Source of the DNA: a virus
Lineage: Duplodnaviria > Caudoviricetes
IMG/VR virus record: IMGVR_UViG_3300017902_000417
Span: 1-26,465 of that record
Reading direction: 5' to 3' (one strand)
DNA: 26,465 bases
This document shows, one piece after another, positions 16,464 through 24,777 of this stretch (position 1 is its first letter; each line of letters starts with the position of its first letter). A model generated the notes under the pieces. It worked only from the letters and a program-made list of their open reading frames with translations. It was not told the DNA's origin and made no database searches. Made by a program: the position numbers and the translations under genes.

Positions 16464-17947
16464 TTTAGTGAGTATATGTGTGATAGGTATTCATCATGAG
16501 GAATAGAATTTACTCTATTTGCTGGCAAAGTATTATTTACAAAATTTTTAAATCTAGGAAGACAACTCTCATCTTTCTTCCAGTATTCTTTTGAATTAAT
16601 TTTACCAGTCATCAGTTGCATTAACCAAACTTGCCAATTACTACCATCAAAGAAAGATCCCACCTTGCCATTTTGAAGTGTTTGTCTTGTTGGATCTTGA
16701 ATCATCTCCTCGTAGTAAAGTTGAGAGGGAGTTTTTCTGTATTTAGATCTTACGAAATCCCAAAACTTACCTTTCCTTCTACAGTATGAATAGTGCATAC
16801 TAACATAATCAACAGCTGTTTCAAAACTAGATCTCATCTTAGCATTGTAGAAAGGTGGATCTACCTCACGATTATAACAACATCCATAAATTGATTCGTC
16901 AAGATACTCTATACCTCTGATCATAAGTGCTAAACCTGTACTTTCTAAAGGTTCAATGAATCCAGCAGAAAGACCAATAGGAACCACATTACCATCCCAA
17001 AAACTCTTAGAATATTGAGGTTTCCAATCTAACAATCTCATATCTTCTGGTTTTATTCTGCCATCCCAATGATCAGAAAATGCCTGTGCAACTTCATCTG
17101 GATCATTTATATCTTTGTTAAAACAATATCCTGTTCCTATTCTAGATCTGGTAGGAATCTTCCATATCCAACCATGTTCTTGTGCTGGACAGGCAGTATA
17201 TGGATGTTGTTCACTAATGTCTTTATACTCTACTTTTGCAGCCAAGGCGGAATTTATAAACAATCTATCACTACAATCAACATTTCTTTGTCCTATGAGC
17301 ATCTGTTTCCAACCTGTGCAATCTATGAATAGATCGCCAGTGATTCTTGACCCATCATCTAACACCAGTTCTTTTATATTTGATCTTGTTATATCATCAG
17401 CATTACCATCTCTGTAGATATCTACCACATCAGATTGAATATATTCTTTGAGATAAGGTATTGTATTTTTCTGTAAAAATCCTACGAGTTTACCACAGTC
17501 AATTTGGAAAGCATAAGAATCATGTGTGTATTCATTTTCAATTCTATTAGCCATAGAAGAAACATACATTGGAGATATTTTTTTTATATCATACTCATCT
17601 TGGTAAGATGACCATATATCATACAATGGTGTTTTAGAATCTCCCACACTCGTAAATGAGAATGGATGCCATATTGTTTGATCTTCTTCACCCCAGCCTG
17701 GAAACAATATTCCAGATTTTAATGTTGCATCTATTTCTTTTATCCAATCTGTAGTTTTATATCCCATCATCTTCATCACATTTGGGAAACTTAAAAGAGT
17801 TGCTTCACCTACACCAACTCTCTCAGGTTCTGACTTATCAATTACAACCACATCCATTACATTTGCCCATCTACGAGCAAACCAAGATGCAGTAATCCAT
17901 CCAGCAGTTCCTCCACCAACAATAACTAATCTTTTAATTCTTTTCAT
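16460..17947 (-). CDS. Flavin-dependent halogenase (tryptophan halogenase/PrnA family)
   Basis: GGGTAG FAD-binding motif, GVGEAT, ATLKSGI with the catalytic Lys equivalent, WIWKIP (WxWxIP), FIEPLESTG. Confidence 0.9.
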   Translation of the reverse strand: MKRIKRLVIVGGGTAGWITASWFARRWANVMDVVVIDKSEPERVGVGEATLLSFPNVMKMMGYKTTDWIKEIDATLKSGILFPGWGEEDQTIWHPFSFTSVGDSKTPLYDIWSSYQDEYDIKKISPMYVSSMANRIENEYTHDSYAFQIDCGKLVGFLQKNTIPYLKEYIQSDVVDIYRDGNADDITRSNIKELVLDDGSRITGDLFIDCTGWKQMLIGQRNVDCSDRLFINSALAAKVEYKDISEQHPYTACPAQEHGWIWKIPTRSRIGTGYCFNKDINDPDEVAQAFSDHWDGRIKPEDMRLLDWKPQYSKSFWDGNVVPIGLSAGFIEPLESTGLALMIRGIEYLDESIYGCCYNREVDPPFYNAKMRSSFETAVDYVSMHYSYCRRKGKFWDFVRSKYRKTPSQLYYEEMIQDPTRQTLQNGKVGSFFDGSNWQVWLMQLMTGKINSKEYWKKDESCLPRFKNFVNNTLPANRVNSIPHDEYLSHIYSLK

Positions 17948-18426
17948 TTTAAATTACCAGATATAACACATCTCCCTAAATGATTGCTGGGAGGTACGCA
18001 ATGTGGAAGATCTTTATCCCATACTATACATATACCTTGATTTATTGGAATCGTCAATGGTTCTTCTTCTTTTGCTTTTGCTGGATCTTTACTAAAGTTC
18101 AATGATGAACTACCATCTGGAACCTGTATGTAATAAACAAAAGAATAATTAATATCATCCTCACTACTATGTGTATGCCATTTAATGCCACCACCATCAC
18201 GATACCAAACTCCCCATATATCTTCTAATGTAGTATCTGTTGTCTCTTCTATCCACTTTATAAATTTTTGAACTGCTCGTGATTCTTCAACTCCTTTTGA
18301 TATGTGACAATTCTCTGATCTTTCAAGATAACTATCTGGTACAGGAGCTGTAGAGTTAAGAATAGCAGTCATCATTTCACTATTATCTTCTTGATATGGA
18401 TATGCGTATTCTTTTATTTCTCTCAT
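17944..18426 (-). CDS. Putative 2OG-Fe(II) oxygenase (HxH type)
   Basis: WHTH, SFVYYIQVP, HCVPP and RCVISGN pattern of double-stranded beta-helix oxygenases. Confidence 0.72.
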   Translation of the reverse strand: MREIKEYAYPYQEDNSEMMTAILNSTAPVPDSYLERSENCHISKGVEESRAVQKFIKWIEETTDTTLEDIWGVWYRDGGGIKWHTHSSEDDINYSFVYYIQVPDGSSSLNFSKDPAKAKEEEPLTIPINQGICIVWDKDLPHCVPPSNHLGRCVISGNLK

Positions 18427-20228
18427 CAGTTCTTTATTTCGATCATAAGACCGTACTCAGGCAAATATAGGTATTCTATCAAACTATTTGCAAGAGTCCT
18501 CAGAGCGTCATCTAGAGTCTCTACAAGAGGTTCTCCGCCTAAGTTGAAGGATGTATTAAAGATTATAGGGCATCCTGTCTTATCATACCAAGTTTTAATT
18601 AAATTATAGTAGTGAGGGTTGACATCTTCCGTAACTGTTTGAATTCTACATGTGTCGTCAACGTGAATAATAGCTGGAATCTTTTCTTTGATTCCGTCCT
18701 GACATTTAACAGCGTACATCATAAATGGTGTGTCATCCATACCACGAAGATCAAACCAATCATGTACATATTCTTTCAATATTGATCCAGCAAAAGGTCT
18801 GAAATACTCACGACGTTTTATTGTGTTAACATGATCCTTTCCCTTTGGATCTCTTGGATCATACATGATGGATCTGTTACCCAATGCACGAGGACCTGAT
18901 TCTGATTTACCTTGGAACATTGCAACAATATTTTTCTTAGAAATCAAATCAACTGCGTCTTCATGAGTCGCTTCATATATTCTAGTTGCATCATAATAAT
19001 TTGCAATATCTGTAATATATTCTCTATCATATTCATGTACAGGTCCATAATATAGATCTTTCATCGGTGGGTGGACTTTCATATTCTTACTTACTTTCTG
19101 ATAGTGCCAGTATGCAGCACCTATAGCTGTTCCAGCATCATTACTTACTGGTTCTACAAATAGATTGATACCTTCATCTTTTAACTGTTCGAGATACCAA
19201 TAGTTTGCAACACAATTCAATCCATATCCACCAGAGAGAACAACGTTTTTTTCTCCACTCATCTTGACTGCTTTGCGAATCAAATCCAATACCATAGATT
19301 GTGATTCTGTTTGGATTGCATATGCTAAATCTCTACGATTATCTAACTGAGTCAGATCTTTAACATCACTCGTATCCATAGGTTCTCTTAGTTCTAAGAA
19401 TCTACCTTTGTTTACGATTGCACCATTTGGATAGGTGGGTACAATAAGGTCTCTGTTAGTGGTAGCCCAATCACTTCTACCGTCATAGTTTGTATAGATG
19501 TCTGGAATCTCACTATTCTCTTTTCCGTATGGGAATAATCCCATAGTCTTACCAGCTTCAATAGGAGCCCAACCACAATACTGTGTCACTGCTTCATAGG
19601 CTTTTACGATACCAGCAGAATCATCTAATACTAATTCATGTGTTCCCTCTTCTCCTTCTCTATCAGAAGTAAACTTATCAATTTTTACTGCACCCCAAGG
19701 ACCTCTACCCCCTTGGTGTTTATATAATGTCTTAAAATTATCTGGATATGCACACTGAATAATAGTTTCCAACTCCCATGTCATTTCTTGTTCTCTATCA
19801 ATCTCCATAGGGATGAATGTTCCAGCACCATCTACGATGACAGATACCGCACTCTCAAATCCCGATCTAAAGAAGGCACAAGATGAATGAAGTTTATGAT
19901 GAATATGACTATAATCTACTACTTGTGGATGTTTGTAAATATCTGCTTTACGATCAATCAAACCTAGTTTTCTTGCAAGAGCAGTGTAAATAGGTTCACC
20001 TGTAAAATCATTTGATCCAGCCTGATCTAGTGGCTGCGTATGTGCAACCACAAGATAATCAAGTCTATCAGTATAGTCCAGTATCTTGATCATGGATGCC
20101 AAAGGACCTCCATCATATTTTTTCCTAGATAATCTTTCTTCTTCAATCGAAAAGACCATCTCTCCATCTTTAAGTAAACAAACACCAGAGTTATGTCCTC
20201 TGGCGATTGCTGCAATCCACTGTGTCAT
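18426..20228 (-). CDS. Carbamoyltransferase, NodU/CmcH/TobZ family
   Basis: HNSG, EEERLSRKK, HHKLH, DGAG, GKTMGL, SGGYGLNCVAN, NDAGTAIGAA, ESGPRALGNRSI, KRREYFRPFA, NTSFNLGGEP. Confidence 0.93.
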   Translation of the reverse strand: MTQWIAAIARGHNSGVCLLKDGEMVFSIEEERLSRKKYDGGPLASMIKILDYTDRLDYLVVAHTQPLDQAGSNDFTGEPIYTALARKLGLIDRKADIYKHPQVVDYSHIHHKLHSSCAFFRSGFESAVSVIVDGAGTFIPMEIDREQEMTWELETIIQCAYPDNFKTLYKHQGGRGPWGAVKIDKFTSDREGEEGTHELVLDDSAGIVKAYEAVTQYCGWAPIEAGKTMGLFPYGKENSEIPDIYTNYDGRSDWATTNRDLIVPTYPNGAIVNKGRFLELREPMDTSDVKDLTQLDNRRDLAYAIQTESQSMVLDLIRKAVKMSGEKNVVLSGGYGLNCVANYWYLEQLKDEGINLFVEPVSNDAGTAIGAAYWHYQKVSKNMKVHPPMKDLYYGPVHEYDREYITDIANYYDATRIYEATHEDAVDLISKKNIVAMFQGKSESGPRALGNRSIMYDPRDPKGKDHVNTIKRREYFRPFAGSILKEYVHDWFDLRGMDDTPFMMYAVKCQDGIKEKIPAIIHVDDTCRIQTVTEDVNPHYYNLIKTWYDKTGCPIIFNTSFNLGGEPLVETLDDALRTLANSLIEYLYLPEYGLMIEIKN

Positions 20229-20229
20229 A

Positions 20230-21498
20230 TTAAATAGTTTTCTTTTCTATAGTAATTGAGTTATCTTTATCTTTATCTGATTTTAAAAGATTCTTAATTT
20301 CAGATTGGAAACCTTTTTTATTTTTTGGTTTTTTCTTAGGTGATGGTGCATCTAAACTAAATGTAGGTTTCGGAGCTCCTGTCATACTAGGAACATTTGA
20401 TCCTGTTGGAGTCCAAGACGAACTGAAGTTCTGGTTATTAGGAGTGCTAGGTGGACTCATAGATTGCATTGGTGATGCAATTGCTGGTTGTTGATTTGGT
20501 GGACAAGATTGTCCTTGCTGCTGTTGTTGTGGAGGAACAAAAGTGCCAGTGTATGTTTTTGGTTTACCTAGTCTCTTCCTACAAGATGCAACAATTTCAT
20601 CAACTTGTTTCTTACTCAACTCCATCGCTTCATCATTAAAACGATCAACTCTTTCATCCATAGTGATTCGGATTGGTGCATATTCTCTACGACCATTTCC
20701 CACATCAAAAATATCAAAATCTTTATGGCCTGGATAACTTATGTTTTCTGGATATGTAGATCCAACAACTACAGTTGCAGTTTTATCAAATGCTCTTGCA
20801 ATGTGTTGACCCATACTATCACATCCTAAGAAATGATCTGCAATCTCAATAACTGCAGCCCATACTCTCATATCACTTATCTGTGGTCTAGCGATGGGAT
20901 ACTTTTCTTCATTTTCCTCAGTAGCAAAATGATGTTCACTCATTACGATTACCGCATAATCTTTTTTGAGTTGATTAATAATATCGATAGCTCCCATGAG
21001 AGAGAAACTTCTTGAAGTTGGATCTGCAATAAACTCTCCCATCTGTTCAACCGATCTTCCGAATGGTTGAACTACAATAACCTTGTCTTTTTTAGTTGTT
21101 GCTTTTATTTCTTCAACAATATTATATCCAGCAATAATCTCCATTTTGTTGAGATTAATTGTTGGTTTCGGTAATTCTCTAGGTTCATCTAAACCATTAA
21201 TTGCAATATCATATGCTTGTGCTAAACTGCACTTCTGATTGTAATAGTCCCATACTCTGTATGGTTCTGGACTCTCGCAGTCTCTGTCTTTGATGTGTTC
21301 TTGAAAAAGATTTTTGTGCCAGTGGTCATAAACCTTATCATCTAATGTTGGGTGTCCCTTGAAGAAATCAGTTCCACCTTCACATACGATAATAAAGTCT
21401 TCATTGTTCTCTGCATATTTTTCAAATGCAGGGATTGAACTTATAACTCTACCCGCTCCACCATTGATAAAAAACGCCTTCGATCTCATAGTTTTCAT
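20230..21498 (-). CDS. GT-B glycosyltransferase, GT9/heptosyltransferase-like, with a low-complexity C-terminal tail
   Basis: N-terminal GGAGRVISSIPA (compare GT9 GIGD..P), IVVQPFG, WAAVIEIADHFLGCDSMGQHIARAFDKTATVVVGST (compare GT9 xGxDSGxxHLA). Confidence 0.72.
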   Translation of the reverse strand: MKTMRSKAFFINGGAGRVISSIPAFEKYAENNEDFIIVCEGGTDFFKGHPTLDDKVYDHWHKNLFQEHIKDRDCESPEPYRVWDYYNQKCSLAQAYDIAINGLDEPRELPKPTINLNKMEIIAGYNIVEEIKATTKKDKVIVVQPFGRSVEQMGEFIADPTSRSFSLMGAIDIINQLKKDYAVIVMSEHHFATEENEEKYPIARPQISDMRVWAAVIEIADHFLGCDSMGQHIARAFDKTATVVVGSTYPENISYPGHKDFDIFDVGNGRREYAPIRITMDERVDRFNDEAMELSKKQVDEIVASCRKRLGKPKTYTGTFVPPQQQQQGQSCPPNQQPAIASPMQSMSPPSTPNNQNFSSSWTPTGSNVPSMTGAPKPTFSLDAPSPKKKPKNKKGFQSEIKNLLKSDKDKDNSITIEKKTI

Positions 21499-21516
21499 AA
21501 TTCCTATAGTATATAG

Positions 21517-22179
21517 TCACATAAAAAACACCTGTGCCAGTCTAGGATATTCCTTAAACATAGACCTGTTTAAGGTAGCTCCATGAGTATGACGTGCTTC
21601 ATATAACACCATTCTATTATATTTCATCTCCATAGTCAACTTTATATCTTTTTTAATGTTGTATCCAAAATCATATGGATGATCTTCTATGAATTTATAG
21701 AAGTCTGTACCACCATCACACTCTTCTGGCGTGTTCAGATAAACCAATGCGGCCCACTTGGTATCGATGTTATCTTTATGGTGAGTATTGCAAAAAATAG
21801 TTTTACTGAATCTTTCATTTATATCATCATGTGTCGTATGGTTGACCATGAATTTCATATTATCCCACAGATAATTGAACATGCCATCACCGTACTCTAA
21901 GTTTGTCCACTCTTCATGTTGGCAGAGTTTACTAAACACTGGTCGAAGATTATCAATCATCTCTTGATTATCTTCCATGACTCTTGATCCTATCAAACCA
22001 CCACAAACTTCTTTATCTTTTGTCCTCTTACAGGATAGAGCGTAATCTCTTACTTGATCTGGATATTTGTAAAAATCATCTACTACAAAAACTTTTCTCC
22101 AGACAAATCCAATATCATTGAATCTAGAATGATCGTAAACCCTGTGTATCACAGGATCTTGATTGTGTACCTCAAACAT
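21517..22179 (-). CDS. DUF6445-like putative 2OG-Fe(II) oxygenase-fold protein
   Basis: ATG at 22179 (the ORF track uses TTG at 22191). VDDFYKYPDQVR, HHKD, LVYLNTPEECDGGTDFY, MKYNRMVLY, HG, RLAQVFF. Confidence 0.75.
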   Translation of the reverse strand: MFEVHNQDPVIHRVYDHSRFNDIGFVWRKVFVVDDFYKYPDQVRDYALSCKRTKDKEVCGGLIGSRVMEDNQEMIDNLRPVFSKLCQHEEWTNLEYGDGMFNYLWDNMKFMVNHTTHDDINERFSKTIFCNTHHKDNIDTKWAALVYLNTPEECDGGTDFYKFIEDHPYDFGYNIKKDIKLTMEMKYNRMVLYEARHTHGATLNRSMFKEYPRLAQVFFM

Positions 22180-22191
22180 AACCCCAGACAA

Positions 22192-22218
22192 TAAAAAAAG
22201 ATCCTCATAAGAGGATCT
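22192..22218 (-). terminator. Rho-independent terminator
   Basis: AGATCCTC-TTAT-GAGGATCT 8-bp hairpin (22199-22218) followed by a T run on the minus strand, downstream of 22247-23032. Confidence 0.75.
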
Positions 22219-22246
22219 CGAATTAACTTATATATAAAAGTTTATT

Positions 22247-23032
22247 TTACATTGCAGTTGGTGGCTTCCATGATTCAACTGTTACAGTTTCATCTTCGGG
22301 ACCATCTGGTGGATTTGAGAATTCTGGTTCCATTGGGAACATCATGTCAGCAAAGTTAGGATGAACTCCAGCAGCTTGCATTTTGGCTGGAAGATCTCTT
22401 AACTGTTGACGATAATTTTTCCACTTTGTTTTAAGTGCATCAGGCATATCTTCTGCAATTTGACCATCACTATTAGCAAGAACATTATTTCTATGTTGTC
22501 TAACGTGATCCCAAGTTTTGTCATAGTCAACACCATTCATCTTTTCTCTAGGAGTAAATGCTTGAATTGAAATGTCATCAGGACCAGCAGTACCAGCGTT
22601 TGCAACTACGATAGACTCAAAGTTGTAAATGTCATCTGGGAATAGTGTTGAAGAATATGAGAATCTTTCATATCCATCAGCAGTCATGTCTGGAGATCCA
22701 GCATGGAATACATCAGATCCAGCACCTCTATCTTCTTCCTTCTCATTGATAACTGGGCCTCTGAGTTGGCAAATAAGTGTGTGTAGATTTGATCTAGCAC
22801 AGTCTACTTCATACCACTGTACAACGTCTAGTGGTTTTGGACGACCATCTGCGATATCATCCTCTGTTAGAGGACCATATACCTCTTTTCCTTCTGCATT
22901 AATTTGCAGAAAAATCTTGTCTGGACCATCATAGGTTTGGTCTCTATACTTTCCATCAGAGAATGAATGGTCTGTTAGAAAGTCGTTCGGCAATGATAAT
23001 TGCCATCCTTGTGAAATAATTTTTGTTGCCAT
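22247..23032 (-). CDS. Phage tail assembly chaperone-domain protein
   Basis: C-terminal WDHVRQHRNNVLANSD...WKNYRQQLRDLP resembles the tail-fibre assembly chaperone motif (W..vR..Rn.lL..sD...W..YRq.LRDlp). Lies directly downstream of the fibre genes. Confidence 0.8.
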   Translation of the reverse strand: MATKIISQGWQLSLPNDFLTDHSFSDGKYRDQTYDGPDKIFLQINAEGKEVYGPLTEDDIADGRPKPLDVVQWYEVDCARSNLHTLICQLRGPVINEKEEDRGAGSDVFHAGSPDMTADGYERFSYSSTLFPDDIYNFESIVVANAGTAGPDDISIQAFTPREKMNGVDYDKTWDHVRQHRNNVLANSDGQIAEDMPDALKTKWKNYRQQLRDLPAKMQAAGVHPNFADMMFPMEPEFSNPPDGPEDETVTVESWKPPTAM

Positions 23033-23063
23033 TTGGATTTCTTCGGGTTTTCTCCTTCGGCAC

Positions 23064-23071
23064 TATTTATA
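23064..23071 (-). promoter_or_regulatory. Canonical T4 late promoter TATAAATA
   Basis: Exact TATAAATA on the minus strand, about 31 nt upstream of the chaperone ATG, overlapping the T tract of the upstream terminator. Confidence 0.8.
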
Positions 23072-23096
23072 AAAAAAAGAGGGTTATAAACCCTCT
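23071..23096 (-). terminator. Rho-independent terminator after the Cys-rich cluster
   Basis: AGAGGGTT-TAT-AACCCTCT 8-bp hairpin (23078-23096) followed by a run of Ts on the minus strand. Confidence 0.8.
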
Positions 23097-23199
23097 AGTA
23101 GTCGGAATCTGCAACGCACATCCCTAAACAACGTATTTTATTTGTAGCAGTTCTCTTACAATGTCTGCAAAGAATCTTAGACGTAAGTGATTTTGACAA
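23095..23199 (-). CDS. Putative 34-aa four-Cys microprotein MSKSLTSKILCRHCKRTATNKIRCLGMCVADSDY
   Basis: TTG at 23199 preceded by AAGGTGG 8 nt upstream. CxxC...CxxxC pattern, stop ends at the terminator. It is the 3' end of the 23095-23538 track ORF. Confidence 0.55.
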   Translation of the reverse strand: MSKSLTSKILCRHCKRTATNKIRCLGMCVADSDY

Positions 23200-23965
23200 G
23201 CCCTGATCCACCTTGACCACCTTGTCCACAACATCTTCCACAGTAGTTACTGTTTGCACCTTGTCCTCCATGTCCATATGGAACAGTCCAACAACCACAA
23301 CGCATCCAGCACTGTCTTTGTCCGTAGGAAACACCAAGAGTTCCGATGAATGGAGCACCTGTTGGTCTACCCTCGTTATAGTAGCAGTGACAGTTCCAAC
23401 CATCAGGTCTGTATGAGTTACCACCGTGGTTGCCCATTCCGAAGTCTCCTCCGTGAGCGCCAGGTTGCATACAACAAGTATGGAATTGTGAATAACAGTT
23501 TGCAGACCAGTCACCAGTTGCACAACCTCTAACACCACCTAAGGCACAGAATCCTGAGAGGTTATATCCATTTACATAAGAGTTGCATCCGCAACACCCT
23601 GTACACTCTCTAGAACAACAACGGTAAACACCACCAGCACATACGGTATATGAACAACCACCAGTAGTCGAAATAGTTTTTGTATTGTAGTATCCACCAC
23701 CAGCACCGTGCCAGTTTTGACATCTGTTACATGAACATGCACCATGTCCATTTCCTCCAGCACCCCAGATTTCCCAAGTGATTCTTGTCACTCCACTAGG
23801 AACTTGCCAGTTACAACAGCAGCCAGGTGTACAATAGCATGGATGACCATACACCCATTTTACACACCAGTTTGAGAATGTACCAGATTGAACCGCAGAG
23901 CTAGGGATAGTCGTATCCGTGATCTGAGAGTTATCAATCTTTTTATAACTTGAATAAGAAGCCAT
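23177..23965 (-). CDS. Cys/Gly-rich tail-tip-like protein, paralog 3 (30 Cys in 262 aa)
   Basis: VPSGV..ITWEIWGAGGNG and GQGGQGGSGLVKITY resemble phage glycine-rich tail domains. Lies between a fibre-like gene and the chaperone. Confidence 0.8.
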   Translation of the reverse strand: MASYSSYKKIDNSQITDTTIPSSAVQSGTFSNWCVKWVYGHPCYCTPGCCCNWQVPSGVTRITWEIWGAGGNGHGACSCNRCQNWHGAGGGYYNTKTISTTGGCSYTVCAGGVYRCCSRECTGCCGCNSYVNGYNLSGFCALGGVRGCATGDWSANCYSQFHTCCMQPGAHGGDFGMGNHGGNSYRPDGWNCHCYYNEGRPTGAPFIGTLGVSYGQRQCWMRCGCWTVPYGHGGQGANSNYCGRCCGQGGQGGSGLVKITYV

Positions 23966-23974
23966 TTCTTTCCC

Positions 23975-24769
23975 TTAGAAGTATGTAATTTTGACGAGAC
24001 CGCCACCGCCAGTACCGCCTTGTCCACAGCACCTACCACAATATGTAGACATTGCGTTCTGTCCACCGTGGCCATAGGGAACGATCCAGCAACCACAACG
24101 AATCCAGCAATTTCGGATAGACTGTGATACTTGAGTACCAATTAGAGGTGCAGAAGCGGGTCTATGAGCATAGTGATAACAGTGACACCAACCTCGGTAA
24201 GTATCGTGTCTTGATACGTTCCATACACCAGCGTGATCACCCATTCCAAAGTCTCCACCGTTTGTTGAAGGACCTCTACAACAGGTATTGACAGATGTAC
24301 AACCAGTTGACCAACTTGGGTTAGCGTTTGCACGACATCCACCGATAGCACAGAAGTTTGATAGGTTATATCCGTTCACATAAGATGAACAACCTATACA
24401 ACCATAACATTCTCTAGATAGACATCTGTAAACTCCAGCAGCACATACACGATACTGACAACCACCAGTGGTCGTAATCATTTTGGAGTTATAATATCCT
24501 CCACCAGCACTTGAATAGTGTTGACATCTGTTACATGAACATGCACCAGTACCGTTTCCACCAGCACCCCAAGCCTGAATCCACATATTCTGAACTCCAG
24601 AAGGCACTGTCCAGTTGCAACAGCAACCAGGCGAACAACGACACATGATACCATAAACCCACTTTACGCCGTAGGTACAGTTAGGTGATTGACTAAAACT
24701 AGATGCCCCTAAGACATTAGATAATAGTTGATCTCCATGTATCTTTTTGTATGATGAATAATTAGCCAT
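23975..24769 (-). CDS. Cys/Gly-rich tail-tip-like protein, paralog 2 (28 Cys in 264 aa)
   Basis: Same architecture: MANYSSYKKI, PGCCCNW.VPSGV, WGAGGNG, CSCNRCQ, YCGRCCGQGG.GGGGLVKITY. Confidence 0.8.
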   Translation of the reverse strand: MANYSSYKKIHGDQLLSNVLGASSFSQSPNCTYGVKWVYGIMCRCSPGCCCNWTVPSGVQNMWIQAWGAGGNGTGACSCNRCQHYSSAGGGYYNSKMITTTGGCQYRVCAAGVYRCLSRECYGCIGCSSYVNGYNLSNFCAIGGCRANANPSWSTGCTSVNTCCRGPSTNGGDFGMGDHAGVWNVSRHDTYRGWCHCYHYAHRPASAPLIGTQVSQSIRNCWIRCGCWIVPYGHGGQNAMSTYCGRCCGQGGTGGGGLVKITYF

Positions 24770-24777
24770 TTACTATC

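Noticed and set aside
23200-23538. 5' part of the 147-aa track ORF 23095-23538 and similar Val-rich alternative-frame ORFs in 23572-25373
   Set aside because: The Val/Asp-rich composition is a frameshifted read of TGT/GGT codons in the Cys/Gly-rich genes. Only the last 34 codons look like a real gene.
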